Assembly (NCBI RefSeq): GCF_964355755.1
Contig: NC_092680.1
Span: 18,609,045 to 18,673,044, forward strand
DNA length: 64,000 nucleotides
Direction: 5' to 3'
From: Antedon mediterranea
Lineage: Eukaryota; Animalia; Echinodermata
Shown here: piece by piece, positions 13,010 to 25,100 of the stretch
Numbering within the stretch: the stretch's first letter is position 1
How the letters are laid out: each line of letters starts with the position of its first letter
Notes under the pieces: model-generated
Told to the model about the DNA's origin: nothing
What the model saw: the letters and a program-made list of their open reading frames with translations, nothing else
The model's database searches: none
Made by a program: the position numbers and the translations under genes

Positions 13010-14504
13010 TTTCTTGTGAAGAAATTGAAGTGGAACATTACTGAATATTATGATTTTTTTTTTTAAATAAAATAAATTCATTGTACCTTTATAACATTAT
13101 ATACCTATATAATTTGTTGCAAAATTAATCTGCAATCTTATTTTACATGCAAACAAATCTAACAGGTAGTGATGATATTAAAGGTTAATTAAAATAATAC
13201 ATAAATAGAACAAATTATTCATATTATGAGTATAAAAACAATATTCATATTTTTAAAAAAATAATATATTTTACCTAAAACAATATATTCATATTATGTA
13301 AATTATAAGATGTGGACATTTTAAGTTGAAAAACATTATTGATATTGTGATTTTCACAAAAAACAAAATTAACTAATTTTACTTGATTATTATACCTGTG
13401 GAAAGTTTACGAAACTGTAGTTTTTATAGTGTAAGTTCAAACTGTAGATTTGACATTAAAGTTACAATATACGATATCAATATAGGCCTAGTGTATAAAT
13501 ACAATGCAAATTGTGAATAAATGTACCTGTTATAGTGTTACTTGGTCAAATTGTAGATGTTTTTATTCATTATATTTTAGGTTTCAATGCCTATTCACTC
13601 ATTCATTCATTATTTCCATTATTTAGGATAGTACATCCATATTAAGAAAAAAAAATCATCATGAAATTAACAATACGATCTTCCACAAAAACATCCTAAA
13701 ATATCAATTTGCACCAACGCTGAAGATGTAGGTTGTATTGTGGAAGTATATTGACTATGGTTTTAATTACAACTATTAGGACTATGAATTGAGTTACTCC
13801 AATATTCATAAAATGAGGGAATGTTATTTTGTTACAAACATCATGCTTACGCTATTATAACAGACAATACAGAGGCTACCACAATAATTAAAGTAGTGCG
13901 TTGCAAGCCAAGTAGCAATTCCCCAAGAATGAAAATCTTGAAATTGGAAGCTGTCAAACAATACTTTTAGAATATTAAATTATATACATCTTTTACCGTA
14001 AACATAAAGGATTAAGTATGCAAATTAATTAGCATTCCATTTATTTTAAGGCATAGCAAGTGATTGTTTCCATATAGTCGAATGGATTAGACTATGGATA
14101 GTTGATAGCGTGCAAACTAGAATCCCTCTAATATTTCGATATCACCTCATAGGAGGAGTGAGTGACATACAGTTAGTCTCGATAAAATCAGATTCTTTAC
14201 TTCTCTCCACAAACGGAAAAATATGAATTTAAAAGTTGTGCGAATTAAACAAAATTTTCCTGGCCATAAGGAATATACTGTGAAAAATTGACTTAGCTAG
14301 ATTAAACTGATATCAAGATAAGGTCATATACAAGTTAGTGTTTACCGACCAACCGACCAACCGACCGACATAGTGAGCTGACTAAAATGGGCAGATTTTG
14401 ACCTTTTTTTTTTCGATATAAATGGTTACTATAGAACAATTGACATGCGCAGAAACATTATTTGACTCTGCGCATGTTAATTATGCTATAGTAACCAGTT
14501 ATGT

Positions 14505-14723
14505 AAAACAAGGCCAACAGCCATAAGTCGCGTGCTCTCAGAAAAAAAAATGAACTTTCAAAAAGTAATGTACTTTAAAACTTTTCTGTACATCAAAACA
14601 GTTCAAAAAGTACAGAAAAGCGATAATACGCATAGTGATACCGGACCGACAGACAGACCGACAGACCGACCGACCGACCGACTGACATAGTGAACTATAG
14701 AGTCGCGTCCACGCGACTAAAAA
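14505..14723 (-). mobile_element. Helentron-associated (HINE/DINE-1-like) non-autonomous element
   Basis: Sub-terminal inverted repeats AGTCGCGTG (14526-14534) and CACGCGACT (14710-14718), an inner partial IR at 14701, a (GACC/GACA)n microsatellite at about 14644-14687, a short GC stem-loop at about 14512-14522, and A/T-run flanks. A second truncated copy lies at about 14340-14387. Confidence 0.75.
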
Positions 14724-17700
14724 TATACTATAAAAATATATTTCTTATTTTATTTAAAAAATCATGAGTCTCCTCTCCTTAATTGCAAACACAAAAAACG
14801 ATCTGAGCATGTGTAAATGTATATAAAAGCACTCAGATAATGTACAGAGGGCAGTATAATGATATAAGCAGTGAGTTAGGCAGATCATAAGTCAGCTCTC
14901 CTTAATTGCCTAAGTCACACAGCTGACTTAGGCAGAAACACAAAAAATATAGTATATTGATATAAGCAATGAATTATGACTTAGACACTTTTGTTATGAG
15001 GCTGTCGATATCATCTATATACAAAAAATGCTACCTTTAAGTAACAACATTTGCATCAGCTCTTCACATTAAAATTAACACTGATGAATTTAGAAAAGGA
15101 AAGTAGCAATAAAAGAGAAAGAATTTGTAACAAATGGGTTAAAAAATATACTATAAAAATGTATTTCTTATTTTATTAAAAAAATCATGAGCCCCCTCTC
15201 CTTAATTTGCCGAAGTCACACAGCTGACTTAGGCAGAAACACAAAAAAACGATCTGAGCATGTGAAAATGTATATAAAAGCACTCAGATAATGTACAGAG
15301 GGCAGTATAATGATATAAGCAGTGAGTTAGGCAGATCATAAGTCAGCTCTCCTTAATTGCCTAAGTCACACAGCTGACTTAGGCAGAAACACAAAAAATA
15401 TAGTATATTGATATAAGCAGTGAGTTAGGCAGAAAAACAAAACAAAAATTATGACTTAGACACTTTTGTTATGAGGCTGTCGATGTAATCTATATACAAA
15501 AAATGCTACCTTTAAGTAACAAAAATGAATAGCTTCAGCTCTTCAGATTAAAATTAACACTGATGGTTTAAGAAAAGGAAAGTAGCAATAAAAGCGAAAG
15601 AATTTGTAACAAATGGGTTAAAAAATATACTATAAAAATGTATTTCTTATTTTATTTTAAAAATCATCAGTCTCCTCTCTTTAATTGCCTAAGTCACACA
15701 GCTGACTTAGGCAGAAACACAAAAAACGGTCTCAGCATGTGCAAATGTATATAAAAGCACTCAGATAATGTACAGAGGGCAGTATAATGATATAAGCAGT
15801 GAGTTAGGCAGATCATAAGTCAGCTCCCCTTAATTGCCTAAGTAACACAGCTGACTTGGGCAGAAACACAAAAAATATAGTATATTGATATAAGCAGTGA
15901 GTTAGGCAGAAAAAAAAAATTTTGTTTTAGACACTTTTGTTATGAGGCTGTCGATATCATCTATATACAAAAAATGCTACCTTTAAGTAACAAAATTTAA
16001 TGGCATCAGCTCTTCAGATTAAAATTAACACTGATGAATTTAGAAAAGGAAAGTAGCAATAAAAGAGAAAGAATTTGTAACAAATGGGTTAAAAAATATA
16101 CTATATAAATGTATTTCTTATTTTATTAAAAAAATCATGAGCCTCCTCTCCTTAATTGCCTAAGTCAGCTGTGTGACTTAGGCAGAAACAAAAAAAAACG
16201 ATCTGAGCAAGTGCAAATGTATATAAAAGCACTCAGATAATGTGCAGAGGGCAGTATAATGATATAAGCAGTGAGTTAGGCAGATCATAAGTCAGCTCTC
16301 CTTAATTGCCTAAGTCACACAGCTGACTTAGGCAGAAACACAAAAAATATAGTATATTGATATAAGCAGTGAGTTAGGCAGAAAAAAAAATTATGACTTA
16401 GACACTTTTGTTATGAGGCTGTCGATATCATCTATATACAAAAAATGCTACCTTTAAGTAACAACATTTAATAGCATAGCTCTTCAGATTAAAATTAACA
16501 CTGATGATTTTAGAAAAGGAAAGTAGCAATAAAAGAGAAAGAATTTGTAACAAATGGGTTAAAAAATATACTATATAAATGTATTTCTTATTTTATTAAA
16601 AAAATCATGAGCCTCCTCTCCTTAATTGCCTAAGTCAGCTGTGTGACTTAGGCAGAAACACAAAAAACGATCTGAGCAAGTGCAAATGTATATAAAAGCA
16701 CTCAGATAATGTGCAGAGGGCAGTATAATGATATAAGCAGTGAGTTAGGCAGATCATAAGTCAGCTCTCCTTAATTGCCTAAGTCACACAGCTGACTTAG
16801 GCAGAAACACAAAAAATATAGTATATTGATATAAGCAGTGAGTTAGGCAGAAAAAAAAATTATGACTTAGACACTTTTGTTATGAGGCTGTCGATATCAT
16901 CTATATACAAAAAATGCTACCTTTAAGTAACAACATTTAATAGCATTAGCTCTTCAGATTAAAATTAACACTGATGATTTTAGAAAAGGAAAGTAGCAAT
17001 AAAAGAGAAAGAATTTGTAACAAATGGGTTAAAAAATATACTATATAAATGTATTTCTTATTTTATTAAAAAAATCATGAGCCTCCTCTCCTTAATTGCC
17101 TAAGTCAGCTGTGTGACTTAGGCAGAAACACAAAAAACTTCCTGAGCATGTGCAAATGTATATAAAAGCACTCAGATAATGTACAGAGGGCAGTATAATG
17201 ATATAAGCAGTGAGTTAGGCAGATCGTAAGTCAGCTCTCCTTAATTGCCTAAGTCACACAGCTGACTTAGGCAGAAACACAAAAAATATAGTATATTGAT
17301 ATAAGCAGTGAGTTAGGCAGATCATAAGTCAGCTCTCCTTAATTGCCTAAGTCACACAGCTGACTTAGGCATAAACACAAAAAATATAGTATATTGATAT
17401 AAGCAGTGAGTTAGGCAGAAAAACAAAACAAAAATTATGACTGAGACACTTTTGTTATGAGGCTGTCGATGTCATCTATATACAAAAAATGCTACCTTTA
17501 AGTAACAAAAATGAATAGCATATCAGCTCTTCAGATTAAAATTAACACTGATGGTTTAAGAAAAGGAAAGTAGCAATAAAAGCGAAAGAATTTGTAACAA
17601 ATGGGTTAAAAAATATACTATAAAAATGTATTTCTTATTTTATTTAAAAAATCATCAGTCTCCTCTCCTTAATTGCCTAAGTCACACAGCTGACTTAGGC

Positions 17701-19432
17701 AGAAACACAATAAACGACCTGAGCATGTGCAAATGTATATAAAAGCACTCAGATAATGTACAGAGGGCAGTATAATGATATAAGCAGTGAGTTAGGCAGA
17801 TCATAAGTCTGCTCTCCTTAATTGCCTAAGTAACACAGCTGACTTAGGCAGAAACACAAAAAATATAGTATATTGATATAAGCAATGAGTTAGGCAGAAA
17901 AAAAAATTATGTTTTAGACACTTTTGTTATGAGGCTGTCGATATCATCTATATACAAAAAATGCTACCTTTAAGTAACAACATTTGCATCAGCTCTTCAC
18001 ATTAAAATTAACACTGATGAATTTAGAAAAGGAAAGTAGCAATAAAAGAGAAAGAATTTGTAACAAATGGGTTAAAAAATATACTATAAAAATCTATTTC
18101 TTATTTTATTAAAAAAATCATGAGCCCCCTCTCCTTAATTTGCCGAAGTCACACAGCTGACTTAGGCAGAAACACAAAAAAACGATCTGAGCATGTGAAA
18201 ATGTATATAAAAGCACTCAGATAATGTACAGAGGGCAGTATAATGATATAAGCAGTGAGTTAGGCAGATCATAAGTCAGCTCTCCTTAATTGCCTAAGTC
18301 CCACAGCTGACTTAGGCAGAAACACAAAAAATATAGTATATTGATATAAGCAGTGAGTTAGGCAGAAAAACAAAACAAAAATTATGACTTAGACACTTTT
18401 GTTATGAGGCTGTCGATGTCATCTATATACAAAAAATGCTACCTTTAAGTAACAAAAATGAATAGCATATCAGCTCTTCAGATTAAAATTAACACTGATG
18501 GTTTAAGAAAAGGAAAGTAGCAATAAAAGCGAAAGAATTTGTAACAAATGCGTTAAAAGATATACTATAAAAATGTATTTCTTATTTTATTTAAAAAATC
18601 ATGAGTCTCCTCTCCTTAATTGCCTAAGTCAGCTGTGTGACTTAGGCAGAAACACAAAAAACGACCTGAGCATGTGCAAATGTATATAAAAGCACTCAGA
18701 TAATGTACAGAGGGCAGTATAATGATATAAGCAGTGAGTTAGGCAGATCATAAGTCAGCTCCCCTTAATTGCCTAAGTAACACAGCTGACTTGGGCAGAA
18801 ACACAAAAAATATAGTATATTGATATAAGCAGTGAGTTAGGCAGAAAAAAAAAATTTTGTTTTAGACACTTTTGTTATGAGGCTGTCGATATCATCTATA
18901 TACAAAAAATGCTACCTTTAAGTAACAAAATTTAATGGCATCAGCTCTTCAGATTAAAATTAACACTGATGAATTTAGAAAAGGAAAGTAGCAATAAAAG
19001 AGAAAGAATTTGTAACAAATGGGTTAAAAAATATACTATATAAATGTATTTCTTATTTTATTAAAAAAATCATGAGCCTCCTCTCCTTAATTGCCTAAGT
19101 CAGCTGTGTGACTTAGGCAGAAACACAAAAAATGATCTGAGCATGTGCAAATGTATATAAAAGCACTCAGATAATGTACAGAGGGCAGTATAATGATATA
19201 AGTAGTGAGTTAGGCAGATCATTAAGTCAGCTCTCCTTAATTGCCTAAGTCACAAAGCCTACTTAGGCAGAAACACAAAAAATATAGTATATTGATATAA
19301 GCAGTGAGTTAGGCAGATCATAAGTCAGCTCTCCTTAATTGCCTAAGTCACACAGCTGACTTGGGCAGAAACACAAAAAATATAGTATATTGATATAAGC
19401 AGTGAGTTAGGCAGAAAAAAAATTTATGACTT
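14720..19432. repeat. Satellite 1: about 10 monomers of about 470-480 bp with an internal 98-bp subrepeat
   Basis: Monomer starts (AAAAATATACTATA) at about 14720, 15142, 15621, 16092, 16561, 17032, 17608, 18075, 18556 and 19027. Monomers 6 and 10 carry an extra 98-bp subrepeat. Confidence 0.97.
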
Positions 19433-21620
19433 TTTAAAAAAATGGCAAATTTTCGACATTTTTATTTTTCGATAAAACTGGTTACTATAGCACAATTAAC
19501 ATTCACAAAACCCATTATTCGCCTCTGCGCATGTTTATTATGCTTATACCTCCATGGCTATAGTAACCATTTATGTCAAAACTGGTTACTGTAGCACAAT
19601 TGACATGCGCAGAACCCATTATTCGTCTCTGCGCATGTTTATTATGCAATAGTAACCATTTATGTCAAAAAATAAAAGGGTCTAAAATCGGAAATTTTTA
19701 GAAAATTTCCCTGTACTTATAGTACAGGGATTTTTCAAGAAATGGCCATTTTTCGACCTTTTTATTTTTCGATAAAACTGGTTACTATAGCACAATTAAC
19801 ATTCGCAAAACCCATTATTCGTCTCTGCGCATGTTTATTATGCAATAGTAACCATTTAAGTCAAAAAATAAAAGGGTCTAAAATCGGAAATTTTTTGAAA
19901 ATTTCCCTGTACTATAGTACAGGAATTTTTCAAGAAATGGCCATTTTTCGACCGTTTTATTTTTCAATAAAACTGGTTACTATAGCACAATTAACATGCG
20001 CAGAACCCATTATTCGCCTCTGCGCATGTTTATTATGCTATAGTAACCATTTATGGCAAAACTGGTTACTATAGCACAATTGACATGCGCAGAACCCATT
20101 ATTCGTCTCTGCGCATGTTTATTATGCAATAGTAACCATTTAAGTCAAAAAATAAAAGGGTCTAAAATCGGCCATTTTTCGAAAATTTCCCTGTACTATA
20201 GTACAGGGATTTTTTCAAAAAAATTACCATTTTTCGACCTTTTTATTTTTCGATAAAACTGGTTACTATAGCACAATTAACATGCGCAGAACCCATTATT
20301 CACCTCTGCGCATGTTTATTATGCTTATACTTCCATGGCTATAGTAACCATTTATGTCAAAACTGGTTACTGTAGCACAATTGACATGCGCAGAACCCAT
20401 TATTCGCCTCTGCGCATGTTTATTATGCAATAGTAACCATTTATGTCAAAAAATAAAAGGGTTGAAAATCGGCAATTTTTAGAAAATTTCCCTGTACTAT
20501 AGTAAAGGGATTTTTTCGACCTTTTTGTTTTTCAATAAAACTGGTTACTATAGCACAATTAACATGCGCAGAACCCATTATTCGCCTCTGCGCATGTTTA
20601 TTATGCTTATACCTCCATGGCTATAGTAACCATTTATGTCAAAACTGGTTACTGTAGCACAATTGACATGCGCAGAACCCATTATTCGTCTCTGCGCATG
20701 TTTATTATGCAATAGTAACCATTTAAGTCAAAAAATAAAAGGGTCTAAAATCGGAAATTTTTAGAAAATTTCCCTGTACTATAGTACAGGGATTTTTCAA
20801 GAAATGGCCATTTTTCGACCGTTTTATTTTTCAATAAAACTGGTTACTATAGCACAATTAACATGCGCAGAACCCATTATTCGTCTCTGCGCATGTTTAT
20901 TATGCAATAGTAACCATTTAAGTCAAAAAATAAAAGGGTCTAAAATCGGAAATTTTTAGAAAATTTCCCTGTACTATAGTACAGGGATTTTTCAAGAAAT
21001 GGCCATTTTTCGACCGTTTTATTTTTCAATAAAACTGGTTACTATAGCACAATTAACATGCGCAGAACCCATTATTCGTCTCTGCGCATGTTTATTATGC
21101 AATAGTAACCATTTAAGTCAAAAAATAAAAGGGTCTAAAATCGGAAATTTTTGGAAAATTTCCCTGTACTATAGTACAGGGATTTTTCAAGAAATGGCCA
21201 TTTTTCGACCGTTTTATTTTTCAATAAAACTGGTTACTATAGCACAATTAACATGCGCAGAACCCATTATTCGCCTCTGCGCATGTTTATTATGCTATAG
21301 TAACCATTTATGGCAAAACTGGTTGCTATAGCACAAATGACATGCGCATAACCCATTATTCGTCTCTGCGCATGTTTATTATGCTATAGTAACCAGTTAT
21401 GTCAAAAAATAAAAGGGTCGAAAATGGCAATTTTGGAAAATTTTCCATCAGGGATTTTTTTGAAAAATTGGCAAATTTCGACCTTTTTATTTTTCGATAT
21501 TACTATAGCACAATTGACATGCGTAGGACACACTATTTGACTCTGCGCATGTTAATTATGATAGAGTAACCAGTTATGTCAAATAAAAGGATCGAAAATT
21601 GCAACTTTTGGAAAATTTTA
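19433..21620. repeat. Satellite 2: 195-bp monomer made of two palindromic modules, with variable extra modules of about 88-106 bp
   Basis: CCCTGTACTATAGTACAGGG-type centres at about 19709, 19905, 20189, 20490, 20772, 20967 and 21162. A related monomer lies at about 14390-14505. Confidence 0.95.
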
Positions 21621-22155
21621 GAAATTAGAACACAGGATTCAACTTGAAATATCTTATAGCCACTTTTTATTCTTAACTTAGTATGTATATTTAGTATAAT
21701 ATGGTCGTCTGTTTGTTAATCTAGTATGTTTGAACTAGTATAGCCACTAGTTTATTATTATTAGTATGTATATTCAGTTTTAAGTACGGCCATCTGTTTG
21801 TTAACCTAGGTTGGCATTTATCAATATTTGCTTATATTTTTAGAATTAGTGTATTACACAATGTATTAATTAATAATGTATAATTACCATAATTGATTTA
21901 GCTTAAGTTAATATGGTTTATGGAATTAGAATTACATTTGTAAGTAGGCCTAGTTGTTATGTTATATATATTTTTTTTATTTACTAGTAGCAAAAATATA
22001 ATAATTAAAAACAAACAAAAATTATACTAAAGTCATGAACATGGTCAGTGGTGTTTTAACACAAAAAACCTCCATAACGTTTTTTTATAAAAAGGACGAT
22101 CAGCAACTTTTTTTATACATCGACTAAAGTTTGATTCTTGCATAGAGAATTTGTA

Positions 22156-25100
22156 TTATTTTTGTTTCAACTTTACATGAGTTGCATCAGTTGCAACTCC
22201 ACAATTGTTTTCTTTTTGATTCATAAGAACATAGCCGTTGTTTCCCCAGTTCGTCGACCAGGAGTTCTTAATAAGCCAGTAAGATTCTGACCCTATCTTA
22301 CCATACCCAACTGCTAACACAGCATGATCGAGATTCTCTGGTTTGTTTCCTGAAATTCAAAAATATAAATATCACCTACTGTGGCAAATCGCCATTAAAA
22401 TCGGGTGTGGCCGTATTCAGCATCCATAATGGAAAACCCTAAAGCTCTGACTACACTATTAAAAATTATGTGACAAATAAAATGTGATGAGTCACGATGT
22501 CGTCATATTACTCCCGTAGTTGGTATACACACTTTTTTGTCAAGCTAGTTTGATGGTGTAGATAGAGCTTTAAGATTTGAAAAATTCACCCATCTAAGTG
22601 AATACAACTGTTAAGTGTTTAACCCTTTGAAGACGCAAGTTTTCTACCCCAAGTGACTGAGGCTAAATAAGGCATTTTTAATAGATTTAGGAAAAATGCT
22701 AAATACATTTTTATGACTGTAACTTTCTGCAATTGTTGGTTTTACTGTTATGTGAAATATTTTGGCCTTTCCGAAAAATTGCATTTTTTTTTGGACCTAG
22801 GTCAAAGGTCCAATGCTCAAAAAGTGCAATTCAGTAACCCAAAAAGTCAATCCGTACATATACGGGCCTCACATCCGGGACAGTAAATTACCCCGTATGG
22901 GATACGGGCCACGTCTTTAAAGGGTTAAAGGAAAATATCTGCCTTCAGTGTACAGTAAACATTGAATATGGCTATTGCCTCTACTTAAAGATGTATTGTG
23001 CCTTTGTCAAATTCCAAAAAAATAAAAAGATTTCGAAAAAAAGTGGGTCATTTTGAAGTATCATAATAGTTATTAACTTTCACCAAAAAATAGTCGGAAA
23101 AAAAATCATTTAACTGAAATACACACGTTTTTGGGTTTAAAAAATAACTTTGACTTCCAGTCAAAGTTTTCGATCAAAACATATCTCATAATATTTGGCT
23201 GCTCTGTATGCATAATAATAAAACTTCCTCGCGATCTTTGTGAAAACACCTTCTCAACCGTGACAAGTTGTAAACAATCCTAATTAGCATCATATATGTA
23301 ACTCATGGTTTAAAATCTATGTTAACTTTGTTTTCCAGACGAAATGTAATCAAATTAATTTAGCTATTAATTACGTAAAATTGTTGTTTTTGTCTTGAAT
23401 TTGTCGTGAATAACTTTAATATTACTTTGATATGGCCAATTAAAATTTAGTATATTTTGACCTTCATTTTTTTGTGTTTCAAGGGACAATACATCTTTAA
23501 GGTGAGGACTGAGTAGAAAGCAAGTATCCAATCCCTACAATTGTTGTTTGTACTTACCACATGCCTTTTCGTAGTAGATTCCACTGGCGTAATACGACAA
23601 CGACTTGTGCGAAGCATCTATCCCAACAGCAATAGGGCCAACATTGGCAATTGCATTGGCCAACTTACTCTGACTTCCAGATGTAATGTTATAGTAGTCT
23701 GTGATCTGTATAGCTATATTGGAACTATTAAAGTGGCACCTTCCATTCTAAAGGTAGTAGTGTATAAAAAAATAATACAGATGAGTAGAGATACAGTAAT
23801 TTCATAACATTAACAACATCTTCAATTGTAAAGATAAGGTATAAAACAGTACTACCAAGGAAGAGTTAAAATATAATTCAATTGTAATTTAACTCTTCCC
23901 TGGTAATACAAATGTATAGATACAGTATTAGTTCATAATATTATATTATTAGTGACATCTTCCATTCTAAAGATAAGGTATAAATAATTCATGGCATCAT
24001 CTATTGTAAATATTTAAAGGTATAAAACAATACAAGGAGTCAGTTAAGTTATAACATTAAATGGAATCTTCCATTTTAAAGATAGGATATAAAATATGTA
24101 TTCATACTCATGAAACATGCTTTGAAATTTACCTTTTTTGTCACAGACAATAAATAAAATACCAATTATATACCATTATGATAAAAAATGGCGTAAAACA
24201 GTTTTGAAAGAAACAATTGAAATAAATAGGAATACCTGGCCAAGGTAATGACCATATGTTGACTCGGCCTGTAAACCTCCATTATCCCTTATCCATTCAT
24301 AGGAACGCCACTCTTCACCGCCATCACAACCATTGTTCCCGCGTTTCCATGAGCAGTCCATTAGATTCTGTTGTGACAGACGAACCATTTTTCCTGTCTG
24401 CAAATTATAATTAACATTAAAAATTAAAGAATTGTCTAATATTCTTTAAAGCTCTGTTTACACTATCAAACTAGTTGGACAAAAAAAGTGTAATGTGCCC
24501 AAATATGGTAGTGATATGACATCATGTAAGGGCACATCATATTTTTTTGTCACATTAAGTTTGATAGTGTGACGCTATTGGATTTCACACAGGTTTTTTT
24601 TTTAGTATGTACTATCTCACACCAAATGACCCACAATCGTCCAATCAAATGAAAGGAATTATTTAGGTGTTATATAATATATAATGTTTTATTTCATTTT
24701 TTAACAAAGCACCTTGCATCTACTTGTTCATCTCACCTTGACTTGCTTGATGTTTTCGCAAAGTTAAGTTTGTGATGGCAGAAAAAGACACTAGATTGCA
24801 TTATGGAGTCGCAAAATTCAGCGAAACGAAACTTTAGTGCTTACCTCAGCCACGGCTAATGTAGTGCATACAGTACAAAAAATACATTTTACCTGGAGAA
24901 AATAAGCACCCTCTATAGTTCCAGTTGCACCAAAACTCCAACATGAGCCACAAGTTGCTTGGTCTTTTACTTGACTGACAGCACCTTTAAATATTTAAAT
25001 GCCATTTTAAATCAAATCATTCTTTGTTAAATTGTTAACAATTCCATTAGGCTTTGATGTTTTTAAAGACAGGAAATTCTCCCAAAATTGATCATAATTG

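Noticed and set aside
19742-21331. Repeated 65-aa-unit ORFs (MAIFRPFYFSIK...)
   Set aside because: A by-product of a 195-bp satellite period divisible by three. Neighbouring monomers have stops and frameshifts.
14720-21620. CRISPR-like array (palindromic repeats at regular spacing)
   Set aside because: The intervening sequences are themselves repeated rather than unique spacers, there are no cas genes, and the context is eukaryotic.
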